From positions 1,088,001 through 1,152,000 of the forward strand of contig CAWIAD010000001.1 of assembly GCA_963833985.1 (NCBI GenBank): a DNA stretch of 64,000 bases, in the 5' to 3' direction. Positions within the stretch are counted from its first letter, which is position 1. Each line of letters opens with the position of its first letter. The notes under the pieces are model-generated. The model saw nothing but the letters and a program-made list of their open reading frames with translations, did not search any database and was not told where the DNA came from. A program made the translations under genes and the position numbers. This document shows, one piece after another, positions 35,188 to 45,666 of the stretch. The DNA comes from an uncultured Planctomycetaceae bacterium (GTDB lineage Bacteria; Planctomycetota; Planctomycetia; Isosphaerales; Isosphaeraceae).

Positions 35188-38100
35188 ATGGCAGAAACAG
35201 GCTGGCCCATGAGGCTGAAGTCCAGCTCTCGTTCCCGGTTGTCCGCCCGCCCCCGCCGGGCCAGGAGGTTGCAGGTGCTGGCGGGCGACTGGCAGCTCGA
35301 GGATCGCTGCCTGTTATCGACGAGCAGTTCGCCCGTCCCGTTTCCTTCAACCAACAGCTCCATCGACAAGGTGCTCTACAACGGGGTCACGGGCGCGTTT
35401 CAGAAGACTTTCACCATCACCAACAATAGCCCGACGCAGACGATCTACGCGTTCCTGGAGGGTGAGAACAGCCGGCAGGCGCCGTCGCCCTATGACGGCA
35501 CGGCGGCCTTTGATCCGTTCGACCCCTCGAACCAGGAATACCGCGGCTACATCGGCTACACCGACGGCACGAACGACTACGCGGGCCTGCCCCCGCTCTC
35601 CTCCATCACCATCACCGTTCCGCTCGCCTTCTGGGATTCCGGCCGCATCGTCTTCTCGACGGACGGCGCCGACCAGTTCTCGACCTACGGCGGATCCGCC
35701 AGCGGCTCGTCGCCGGGTGCCCCGTTTTATTTCCAGGATGTGAACACTCAAGCCACCTACTTCGCGTCGATTCCAGGCAAGGGCTCCAACCAGCTCCAGT
35801 TCACGCCCATCTACCAGAGCTTCGATCCGGCCAACGGCTACCAGCCAACGACCGCGACCTGGCAGTCGCCCGTGGCGTCGGGGCTGTTCGCGAACGGCCA
35901 GACGTACATTGTCACCGGGCCCGGTCTGCCCCAGGGCGGCTACACCGTGACGATCGATTCCAGCCACCCCGGCTACGTGACGCTCCCCGGCACGGACACC
36001 ACCCAGACCACGGCCGGGCAGTACATCTTCACGGCTGTCGGCAGCGAGACGCTCGGCCCCACGGCCCGGGCCATCGAGGACAAGTTCCCGCTCACCACGC
36101 AGGGCGGCAGCCCCACGAGCAACGGCCTGGTGATGTGGTACCATGCCCTGACCGCCCAGGCGCCGAACAACGACGCGCCTTCCCAGCTCACCGAGTTCAC
36201 GTTTCGCGGCACGTTCTACAACCCCACGATCAACCCCACGACCGGCTTCCAGTACCTCCTCGGCGCGCTGCTGCCCAGCGTCGATACGGATTCCGCCGAC
36301 TACGATATCTCGTTCGTGGACAGCATCAGCATGCCCGTCGCCATGGAGGCCGCCAACGTGCAGATTCCCGGCACGACGACCCAGGCGCCTTTCGGCTGGG
36401 TGGGCTCGAGCCAGAGTCTCGCCGCGTTTCAGCAGGCCGTCGCCGCCTTCACCGCGAGCAATTCCACAGGCGGCAGCAATGCCAATGACCTGGGGTCGTA
36501 CTTCGGCGGCAAGGGCTACCCGAGCTACGTGAGCATTGACCCGGGCAACATCAAGCTCCCTTCGGGACAGAACCTCTTCCTGGCAAGCCCGCTCGGCACC
36601 GCCGGCTCGGCCGATATTCATTTCTACATGAAGTTTTCGGACGGCTCGACCCTCAATGAACCGCTCTACGCGCTCTCGAGCGGAGGCACAGGGCCGTCGC
36701 AGCTTGGCATCGGCGGCGACCCGATCCACCCCAGCAGCGGAGACCTCCTGGGGCTGAACACCAGCAGCATGGCCAACCAGTACGCGCTTGACAACCTGAT
36801 CGCGCCGAATATTGAAAAAGGCTTCACCTACGTTGTCTCGGTGGGCAACCAGGTGATCGGCAATGCCGTGGGCATGTACCGCGACAAGAACGGCAACATC
36901 ATCGGGGTCAAGCTGGACACCACCGTGCCGCCGAACGCGGCCACGCTGTCGTACACGTTCTCGCTGGCTCAGAAAGACTACGCCGGCGGCGGCATCGCCA
37001 GCCTCTGGTACTCCTGGGCGAAGTACTACGCGGATAACGTGGCCGCGACGGCAGCCGACCTCACCGGCACGCTCTCCGGCAGCATCCTCACGCTCAGTAG
37101 CTCCGCGACCGGGCTGGTGCCAGGCATGGCCGTGACCGGCGCGGGCGTTCCGGCCGGCACCGTGGTCCTGTCGGTCGGCGCGGATCACAAGACCATCGAG
37201 CTCAGCCAGGTGCCCGCCCAGAGCGCCTCCAGCTTCCGCTTCGCCAGTCCCTCGTTCGCGTCGATCGCGGGCTACAGCCCCGCGAACACGCCCACGTTCG
37301 ACCTCACATTTCCGACCGCGCAGCAGGCGTACGCGCTGGCGTTCGCGCAAACGGTCTACGTGGTGATGAGCGCGTGGAGCACGACCGTACCGGCGGGCGG
37401 TCAGAACGGCTGGGTGCCGCTCCTGGCGAACATCGTCGGCGGCAACTTCGTGATGCCCAACCTGAACCAGGACATCGTGGTCGCGCTCACGAACCTGAGC
37501 AAGTCCGCGCTCCGCGGCGTGCCCGATTTCACAAGCCCGCTCTACTCCAACCCGGAGCAGTGGTATCCCGACCCGGCGCTGGCGGCCGGCGGCCAGACGT
37601 TCAACGTCTTCAACCTCGACCCGTTCGTCTGGTTCATCCACGACAAGCTGGGCCTCAGCGCCTACGCCTTCGCGCTCGATGACGACATCGGCAACGTCAA
37701 CGGCGGCGGCGCGAACCAGATCGACATCAGCATCGGCGGTCTCAACCGCCTGCCGAACCAGGACCCGTACACGGCGACCTCGCCCTGGGGCGTGGTGACC
37801 ACGCACGTCGCCACGGCCCAGATCCGGTCGAGCACGCTGACCGCGCTCTCGAATCCCGACGTGGTCCAGCAGATCGCCTCGTTCGATTACAACCAGAACA
37901 CGCCCGGAGCGCTTGTGAACGGTCCCGGCGTGCCGACCGGAACCACGGTCCAGTTCCGGCAGATCCCCGCGCAGATCGCCGGCTCCAATCTGATTCTCAG
38001 CAATCCGCTCACCGCGGCCTCCACGAACGGCTCATTCGCGTTCTTCGGCCCGCTCGTCTTCACGGGAACTGTCCTCGGCGCCGGCCAGCCCGCGGACACG

Positions 38101-39228
38101 ATCATCCTGAACAGCGCTGAGGCCTACAGCACGCTCCAGAAGCTCGGGCCGATCCAGAACCTCCAGGTCACCGGCGAGGGGATCGCCCCGGGAAGCGGCG
38201 TCCTCGTGAAGCAGATCTCCCAGGATCCGGCCACGGGAACCATCACGATCGCGCTGACGGGAAACCTCAACCCGAATCTGGTCTCGCAGCCCGGCGGGTT
38301 CTACGCGTACACCTTCGGCAGCCCGGTCGTCGGCCTCGTCCGCGATCCCGGCTTCGAGTGGGCCAACGTGCTGGGTTTGTCAGACAACTTCAACCATGGT
38401 GCCCAGCTCTCGCAGAACACAGTGGACTGGAGTTTCACCGACAGCAAGACCAGCGCTGCCTGGTTCGCCGGGATCGCCTACGACAACAACAGCCGCTACA
38501 CCACCAAGAACCTTCCCGCGCCGGGCGGGCTCCAGGTCGGCTTCGTGCAGGGAGACAGCAGCATCAGCCAGAAGGTCACGCTGGGGAGCGGCACGTACAC
38601 GCTGTCGCTCGTGGCCGCGCAGACGCGCCTCTTCCCGGGCTCGCAGTCGCTCAACGTGTTCGTCGATCAGACGCTCGTGGGGAACGTCCAGCCGGGCAGC
38701 ACAAATTACGACAAGTTCCTGTTCCAGTTCAACGTCGGCGCGGGCCTGCACACGATCACCTTCCAGGGAACGGAGACTTCCGCCAGCACCGTGCTGATTG
38801 ATAACGTGGCGCTCAAGGCCGGGCTCAACCTCACGGAAACGCCCCGGCAGAGGCATCCGGTGAAGGTGGAGTTCCTCTCCCAGCCGCTCCCGGCCGGCCC
38901 GGGAATGGACCTTGGTCCGTTACGCGTGGCCGTGCTCGACCGGTTCGGCCAGCTCTACAGCGGACTGACCGTCCGCGTGTCGCTGGTGCGGATGGGCACT
39001 CATTCCCGGGGCCACTTCGTGCGCGGCAGTGTGCTGCACGCCAGGACGGTCAACGGTGTGGCGACATTCGACCATCTGGCGATCAGTGCTCCCGGCCGAT
39101 ACGTGCTGCGCGCGGTCATCGGTCGCCAGCGAGCGTTCTCCCAGGTCTTCGAGGTCCGTTCAGGACAGGTGAACGAGTTGGGCCACGTCAGCCGGCGACC
39201 CTTCGCGGGGCGCGCTGGCACTCGGTGA
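35188..39228 (+). CDS. Large secreted protein with a GH64-like beta-1,3-glucanase core and C-terminal beta-sandwich/Ig-like domains
   Basis: LEDRCLLS planctomycete extracellular motif; SGRIVFS, TEFTF, YDISFVD and FIH...AYAFALDD GH64-like motifs; repeated VTG.G(V/I)P.G elements. Confidence 0.7.
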   Translation: MAETGWPMRLKSSSRSRLSARPRRARRLQVLAGDWQLEDRCLLSTSSSPVPFPSTNSSIDKVLYNGVTGAFQKTFTITNNSPTQTIYAFLEGENSRQAPSPYDGTAAFDPFDPSNQEYRGYIGYTDGTNDYAGLPPLSSITITVPLAFWDSGRIVFSTDGADQFSTYGGSASGSSPGAPFYFQDVNTQATYFASIPGKGSNQLQFTPIYQSFDPANGYQPTTATWQSPVASGLFANGQTYIVTGPGLPQGGYTVTIDSSHPGYVTLPGTDTTQTTAGQYIFTAVGSETLGPTARAIEDKFPLTTQGGSPTSNGLVMWYHALTAQAPNNDAPSQLTEFTFRGTFYNPTINPTTGFQYLLGALLPSVDTDSADYDISFVDSISMPVAMEAANVQIPGTTTQAPFGWVGSSQSLAAFQQAVAAFTASNSTGGSNANDLGSYFGGKGYPSYVSIDPGNIKLPSGQNLFLASPLGTAGSADIHFYMKFSDGSTLNEPLYALSSGGTGPSQLGIGGDPIHPSSGDLLGLNTSSMANQYALDNLIAPNIEKGFTYVVSVGNQVIGNAVGMYRDKNGNIIGVKLDTTVPPNAATLSYTFSLAQKDYAGGGIASLWYSWAKYYADNVAATAADLTGTLSGSILTLSSSATGLVPGMAVTGAGVPAGTVVLSVGADHKTIELSQVPAQSASSFRFASPSFASIAGYSPANTPTFDLTFPTAQQAYALAFAQTVYVVMSAWSTTVPAGGQNGWVPLLANIVGGNFVMPNLNQDIVVALTNLSKSALRGVPDFTSPLYSNPEQWYPDPALAAGGQTFNVFNLDPFVWFIHDKLGLSAYAFALDDDIGNVNGGGANQIDISIGGLNRLPNQDPYTATSPWGVVTTHVATAQIRSSTLTALSNPDVVQQIASFDYNQNTPGALVNGPGVPTGTTVQFRQIPAQIAGSNLILSNPLTAASTNGSFAFFGPLVFTGTVLGAGQPADTIILNSAEAYSTLQKLGPIQNLQVTGEGIAPGSGVLVKQISQDPATGTITIALTGNLNPNLVSQPGGFYAYTFGSPVVGLVRDPGFEWANVLGLSDNFNHGAQLSQNTVDWSFTDSKTSAAWFAGIAYDNNSRYTTKNLPAPGGLQVGFVQGDSSISQKVTLGSGTYTLSLVAAQTRLFPGSQSLNVFVDQTLVGNVQPGSTNYDKFLFQFNVGAGLHTITFQGTETSASTVLIDNVALKAGLNLTETPRQRHPVKVEFLSQPLPAGPGMDLGPLRVAVLDRFGQLYSGLTVRVSLVRMGTHSRGHFVRGSVLHARTVNGVATFDHLAISAPGRYVLRAVIGRQRAFSQVFEVRSGQVNELGHVSRRPFAGRAGTR

Positions 39229-39310
39229 CACTCGGGGCCACCCATATTTCGAGACCCCGTGTGTGGGTGGCCCCTTCCTGACCCGCCTTCCTGACCCCTT
39301 CCTGACCAGG

Positions 39311-39812
39311 TCAGGCGCTCACACGGTCAGATGGTCAGGCTGTAGCCGTTGATCGTCTGATCGCCTGATAGCCTGATCGCCTGGGTGAGGATGGAAGCAT
39401 CTGTAGGGTGTGTCGAGCGCAGCGAGGCACACCGGGCCGCAGCTCCGTCTGACGTCGCAAGTTGCTTCTCTGTATGATCCTTACGGTGTGCCGTCGCTAC
39501 GCTGGGCACCCCCTACCAATCTGCATGCATGTTACAACCAACGCGGTGTGCCGTCGCTACGCTTGACACACCCTACCAATGGGATTCCCAGATCACCCAG
39601 CGGGGATGGAAGTGAGGAGCTCACACGGTCAGGCTATCAGGCTATCAGGCGATCAGGCGATCAGGCGATCAGATGGTCAGACTGTCGGTCAGATGGTCAG
39701 GCTGTCAGGCTATCAGGCGATCAGGCTATCAGGCTATCAGGCTATCAGATGGTCAGACTGTCGGTCAGATGGTCAGGCTGTCAGGCTATCAGGCGATCAG
39801 GCGATCAGACTG
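39311..39812. repeat. TCAGNNNN octamer arrays in direct and inverted orientation
   Basis: 22 full octamers and 2 half units at 39629-39812, with a 76-bp higher-order period. Four direct units at 39311-39342 and four inverted units at 39353-39384. Confidence 0.9.
39403..39576. repeat. Three GTAG-type REP-like palindromes
   Basis: gtagggtgtgtcgagcgcagcgaggcacaccg on + (39403-39434); inverted copies at 39484-39516 and 39544-39576. Confidence 0.8.
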
Positions 39813-39859
39813 CGTCAAGAGCCATACCGTTGAAATCGCGTTCACTCGAAGGGAAGAGT

Positions 39860-41471
39860 TCAGGAACCATTCTCCGAGGCCAGCGCAAGGATGCCCTGGA
39901 TCGGGATGCGCACCCAGTCCGGGCGGTTGTTCAGCTCGTAGGCGAGCTCGTAGAGTGCCTTGTCCAGCGTGAATGACCGCAGCAGCAGCCCGAAGTCGCG
40001 CGGATCCGCGGGGACAAAGTTCGCCGTGCCTGCGTCCGCCGTGCCGGCCGCGGTGCGATAGGCGTTCAGGAAGGCCGCCGAAACGCGCGCTGCCCAGTGC
40101 CGCGCCCAGGGGGCCAGCCGATCGAAGTCGTCCGGCTGCTCGCGGGTCCGCTCGAAGAGCGCGGCGTAGGCGGCGTAGTCGAACGAGCGGAGCATCCCGA
40201 CGACGTCCTTCATGGGTGTTTCCTTGCGCCTTCGGGCGTCCAGCGGCCGGGCGGGCTCGCCCTCGAAGTCGAGGATGACGAAGTCGTCGTCCACGCGCAG
40301 GACCTGGCCCAGGTGGTAGTCGCCGTGGCAGCGGATGCGCGTTGAGCCGGGCCGCGCCGAGCGCAGGGCGTCCAGCTCGGCCAGCAGTGCCGGCGCGTGC
40401 TCCAGCACCTGCCGGGCCTGCGTCTCCACCGGGCCGGAGAACCGCCCCTGGCCCAGGCTCTCCTGGAGCATTTCCAGGGACCGGGTGAACTGGTCGCCCA
40501 TACTCTCGCGCAGGAATTCCAGGTCGGCCGCCGTGAGCGGCTCCGGGGCGAAATCCGGGTCGGAGGCGTCGGACGCGAGCGCTCGGTGCAGCTCGGCCGT
40601 GCGCTGGCCGAGCAGGGCGGCCGCCTGCGGATAGGGACCGATGGAAGCCTCGGCGGCAGCCGGGTCGCCGGGCACGTCCAGGCCATCGACCTGCTCGTAA
40701 AAATCCCCGAGCGCAGCGAGCGCATGCTCCCAGCCGGTCCCCTGGTTGCGCACCAGGCTTTGCAGGAGTGCCAGCGTGGCAGGCGCTGCCGTTCGAGTGA
40801 TACTCGATGGTGCCGGCGGTCTGGGGGATGCGGTCGAAGCGGGTCTCCTCGGACAGGAACCGGCCGATCTCGAAGTCGGGGTTGATGCCGGGCTCGATCC
40901 GGCGGAAGACCTTCATCAGCAGGCGATGCTCGAACAGCACCACGGAGTTGCTCTGCTCGGCGGTCCTGGGAATGACCTCCAGGGGAGTGCCAACGGGCCC
41001 CCGGGCGCGGTCAAAGGCGGTCGTCCGCAGGGCCCGGAGCTCACCCCGGCCGGTGGGTGCCGAGCGGTTCGATTCGATCGCGGTGAGCAAGGCCCAGCAG
41101 GTGCCGTGATCGAGCAGGCCGTCATGGAGAGCGGCCGGTCCGTCGCTCGTTTCCAGGGTGGCGATGATCCGCTCTGGCGACTCGCGCTGGACGTGGCTGG
41201 CGTGCGGCCCGTGAGCGACGGCCAGGGGCAGGAAGTACAGCTCCGAGCCCCCGTCGTCGAACTCGGCGTTCACCAGCGCCAGGAAGCTCGATTCCGGAAA
41301 GCCCTCGGGCCGCGCCGCGTCGGCCAGGCGCACGGCGTTCAACTGCCGCGCCTTGCCGGCGAACCAGCGCTGCCGCCGGAGGAAGTCTGGCAGGGAGTCG
41401 CGTTCCATGCGCTCCCAGTCCGGCCCTTCGACGACGGCTTCCCAGACGGCACCGCGTTCGCCCACTGCCAT
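39860..41471 (-). CDS. Maltokinase (TreS C-terminal/Mak family; frameshift near 40780)
   Basis: QRWFAGK, AEQSNS, RCHGDYHLGQVL, ILDFEGEP, DVVGMLRSFDYA and DKALYEL.YE..NRPDW motifs. Confidence 0.9.
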
Positions 41472-41899
41472 GGTTGAATGCTCCGGGACAGGATGGGCCC
41501 TGGCACTCGCCTGGCCCTTTCAAACGCGCCGCGGCAACGCACCGCCAGCATCCTGGCAGCAACTCTGGTGCCCGTGCCCCGGCAATCGCCGAAAGCCGGG
41601 TGAAGGGAGGGACATCATCCCGGCCGGCGTCAGCGCGCAGCACTGGAGAGATCACCGTCGTCCGGGACGGCCTGGCCGACGGTCGTCACAAACGCCTGTT
41701 TGAAGGTTCAAGTGTTTCGCGTGGGTGCAGGTGGAAGGGAGCACTGCGGTGCGGTTCCGGAGAACCTGGAGACTAGGCGGTTGTGGCCGCGGGTCCGGCT
41801 CGGATATTGTGATGGCATCAACCTTGACCCACCGTTTCGCCATGCAGGGATGGAACATACGCCGAGCCCGGATTGGCGGTCGCAGGGAGTTTTTCTGGT

Positions 41900-44891
41900 A
41901 TGGTCGGCCTCGCTGCCCGTTTGGTGCCGTATGCCCTGGCGTTCTTCAGCAGTCTTTGCATCATGGTCCTGGAACTGGTCTCCAGCCGCCTGGTGGCCCG
42001 TCACGTGGGGGCATCGCTGACGGTGTGGACCAGTGTCATCGGGGTGATCCTGGGCGGGATCTGCCTGGGCAACGTCCTGGGGGGCCGGCTGGCGGACAGG
42101 GTGCAACCGAGGCGGGCGGTCGGGCCGCTGCTGGCCCTGGGGTCGTTGCTGGTGCTCTGTTGCCTCTGGGTGAACGCCGAGGTGGGGCACCTGGTCCCCG
42201 CGCCGGAGTCGATCAACTGGGAGCTGCGCACCGTGCTGGTGGTGCTGCTGGACTTCCTGGTGCCCGCCACCGTGCTGGGGATGGTCGGGCCGGTGGTCGC
42301 GAAGATTGCCGTGGAGCAGGCGCAGCGGGCCGGTCAGCGCCATCGGCGACGTTTACTTCTGGGGCGCAGTGGGCTCGATCGCGGGCACGTTCCTGGCGGG
42401 GTTCGGGCTCATGTACCTCATCCCGTACTCGACGGTGGTGCAGGTCATCGCGGCTGCCCTGGCGCTGCTGGCCGCCGCCTTCTTCGGTCGCATGGGCGGG
42501 CTCGTGCTCGGGCTGCTCACGGCGGTACTGCTGGGGCTGGGCGCGATCAGCCCGCTGGTGCGCGCGATGGGGCTGGGCGGCCTGGACCTGGGCTCGTATC
42601 GCATCAACTACCTGTCACTGGGCGGAAATCTGACGGGACTGCTCCTCGGCGTCGTCGGGGCCGCGGGCCTGATTGCGGCGCGGAAGCAGGATGAGGGTCT
42701 GGAGGAGGCGACCAGCGAGAGCGCGGCTCGGCGGATCCGTCCGTGCCCCGGCGCAGCCTGTCTGACCTGGCCGTGCTGGCGTTCCTGGCGAGCCTGGGGT
42801 TCATGGCCCTGGAGATGGTGGCCGGGCGCATGGTGACGCGGCACCTGGGCTCCAGCATCTACGGCTGGACCAGCGTCATCGCGGTGTTGCTGGCGGGCCT
42901 GAGCGTGGGTAACTTCCTGGGCGGCCGCGCTGCCAACCGGATCAGAAGCGAGAAGCAGGCGAGCTGGCTGTTCCTGGTGGCTTCGATGCTGGTACTCAGC
43001 ATCCTGCTCCTGGAAGTGCCTCCCGGCTGGCTCCGGGAGTTCATCGATCCGGGTCCGCCCAAGAGCCTCTTGAGCGAGGCGATCACGTGGTCGGAGCTGA
43101 AGCTGCCGTTCCTGCCGGCCATCACCATGACGTGGCCCTACCGGGTCTTGCTCGTCACGACGCTGGTCTTCTTTCTTCCTTCGGTGTCCATGGGGACGGT
43201 CAGCCCGGTGGTGGCGAAGCTGGCCGTGGACCGGCTGAAGCGGTACAAGCGCACCGGTACGGCCATCGGCCAGGTGTACGCCTGGGGCATGGTCGGCAGC
43301 ATCCTGGGCACGTTCCTGACCGGGTTCGTGCTCATTGATGTGCTGGGAACCAAGGGGGTGCTGCTGGTTCTGGCAACCATCATGGCGTTCGCCGCCACGG
43401 TGCTGGGGTCGGTCTGGCACGCCGTCTGGGCGGGCGTTCCGCTCGGCCTCTGCGTGGTCGCCTTCATGCCGCTGGCCACGTTCCAGAAGATGGGCGAGGA
43501 CTGGGGAATTCGCGAGGTGAAGGGCGACCCGGCCATCCAGGACGAGGGCTTCGCCTGGATCGACGAGAGCAACTACTACTTCATCAAGGTGACCAACGAG
43601 CCCGAGGCCGACACCCAGCTCCAGCGCCGCACCCTGGTGCTCGACAACCTGATCCACGGCTACTTCGTGCTGGGCCATCCCGAGCGGCTGGACTATGACT
43701 ACGAGCATATCTATGCACTGGTGGCGTACCGGGCGGCCAAGGCGTCCGGCAGGATCACCCTGGCGCCGGATAGCCCCCCGACTACCCGCAAGGCGGCCGC
43801 CCGGGGCCGCGGCAGCCTTCCCGAGCAAGTGTTCGCCAGCGCCACCGAGACCCCGCAGAAACAATCACCCGAGCCCGTATCGAAGGACGCGGAGAACCCC
43901 AGGGGGAACGCCGGCGGGACCGATGGCGGGCAGGACAAGAAGCCGACCGATGGCGCAGGACAAGAAGCCGACCGACGGCGCGCAGGACAAGAAGCCGACC
44001 GATGGCGGGCAGGACAAGAAGCCAATCGTGAGCGACGACAGCGACGACGACGAATCGCCGATGTCGCCGGTGCTGCCGAAGGTCGAGCGGTCCACGCTCA
44101 GGACTCTCTTCCTGGGCGGCGGCGCCTACACCTTCCAGCGGCACATGCAATATGCCTACCCCGGCACCGAGGTCGACGTGGCCGAGATCGATCGGGCGGT
44201 CACCAACGCCAACTACCACGCGACGGGCCTGCCGCGTGATAACGCCACCATCAAGACCCACTGGGGTGACGCCCGGCAGTTCGTCGAGCGTAATCAGGAC
44301 GGCAAGCAGTACGACCTGATCTTCGGCGACGCGTTCAACGACTTCTCCGTCCCCTGGCACCTCACCACGCGTGAGTTCAATGACAAGATCGCCAAGATGA
44401 TGAGCCCGACCGGCGTGTACATGATCAACATCATCGACGTTTACGAATCCGACGGCGTGGCCCTGCGGAAGGCCGAGAAGCGCATCGAGAAGGAGAAGAT
44501 CACCGACCCGCAGGCACAGGAGCGGGTCCGCCGGCAGGAGCTGGCACGGGCGCACGGCTACGGCGGTTTCCTGGGCGCCTGGGCGAAGACCGCCGCACTC
44601 ACGTTCCCGCACCTGTACATCTTTGGCACCGACCGCGTGCCGGGCAACGGCATGCGCGAGACGTTCGTGGTGGTTGCCTCGCGCCAGCCTCTGGACCTTG
44701 CCGAGCTGGGCCGGCGCGACGACGACCCGCAGTTCTTCCACAACGACCGCCGCACCGAGCCAAAGCCCTACGATCCCGCGGACGAGAAGGCCATTTTCGA
44801 GAGCCGCTCCCGCGACATCATCCTGACGGATGATTACGCCCCGGTGGAAAACCTCCTCGCCCCGGTGGCCGAGACGCGGGCCGATGATTGA
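41900..44891 (+). CDS. Fused membrane (MFS-like, duplicated)/spermidine synthase-like SAM-dependent protein (three frameshifts)
   Basis: Two copies of M.LE.V..R...H.G.S...WTSVI; FLGGGAYT, AEID, GDAR, DLIFGDAF, HLTTREF and LTDDYAPVE motifs. Confidence 0.85.
43919..44024 (+). repeat. Four copies of a 27-bp coding tandem repeat (TDGxQDKKP)
   Basis: accgatggcgggcaggacaagaagccg units; unit 2 is 25 bp and causes the frameshift. Confidence 0.9.
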
Positions 44892-44926
44892 ACCTCGAAC
44901 CAGCGAACTTCGCAGGGAAGTCAGCC

Positions 44927-45589
44927 ATGGCCGACACGAAACCGCCTGCCCACGGGAATGAGGCTGGCGAGCGCCCAGTGTTTCTGCCGCCAGAGGCGGT
45001 TGACGGAGGGGCCGGCCTTCCCAGGCCGAAGCCGGACCGGAGCTGGCTCTACATCGTCATCGCCTTCGTGGGCTTCTGGATCGTCTACCTCGCCTTCTTC
45101 GCGCCAGGGAACCGCCGGCCGCTGGAGAGCTCCGCCATCGACGTTCCGGCGGACTACGACTGGGCCGCGGAAGACCTCCACGGTCAGCCCGTGTCCTTTT
45201 CGCAGTTCAAGGGCAAGACCGTGTTCCTGAACATCTGGGCCACCTGGTGCGGCCCGTGCGTGGGCGAGATGCCGTCGATCGCCCGGCTGGCGGAGAACCC
45301 GCGGCTGAAGGACCGGAACATCGAGTTCGTATGCGTCTCCACCGACGACTCGACCGAGAAGGTGTCGCGGTTCGTGCGCGACAAGAACTGGGCGATGACC
45401 GTCCTGCGCTCCACGTCGTTCCCGCCGGTCTTCACCACCGAGGCCATCCCGGCCACGTTCATCATCTCGCCCGCTGGCCGCATCGTCGCGGCCGAGGTGG
45501 GTGCCAGCGACTGGGACACGCCCGAGACCCTGGCGTTCCTCGAGAAGACCGCCGCGGGCTCCGAGCCGGACAGGAACGCGAAACCATGA
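44927..45589 (+). CDS. TlpA/ResA-like disulfide reductase
   Basis: N-terminal TM helix; NIWATWCGPCVGEMP; IPATFII. Confidence 0.92.
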   Translation: MADTKPPAHGNEAGERPVFLPPEAVDGGAGLPRPKPDRSWLYIVIAFVGFWIVYLAFFAPGNRRPLESSAIDVPADYDWAAEDLHGQPVSFSQFKGKTVFLNIWATWCGPCVGEMPSIARLAENPRLKDRNIEFVCVSTDDSTEKVSRFVRDKNWAMTVLRSTSFPPVFTTEAIPATFIISPAGRIVAAEVGASDWDTPETLAFLEKTAAGSEPDRNAKP

Positions 45590-45666
45590 CGGGAGCCGGA
45601 CAGAACCGGTGAATCCGCCGGCCGGGGGAACCGCGGAGACAGTCCGCAGCCTCCGCGCCACGCGGT

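Noticed and set aside
39484..39580. CRISPR-like repeats with a 60-bp period
   Set aside because: The copies differ from each other, a third copy is inverted, and all carry GTAG ends, which fits REP elements.
39410..39976. ORFs with repeated QAIRLSG/SGDQAIR peptides
   Set aside because: These are translations of the 8-bp DNA repeat; the same peptide appears in all three frames.
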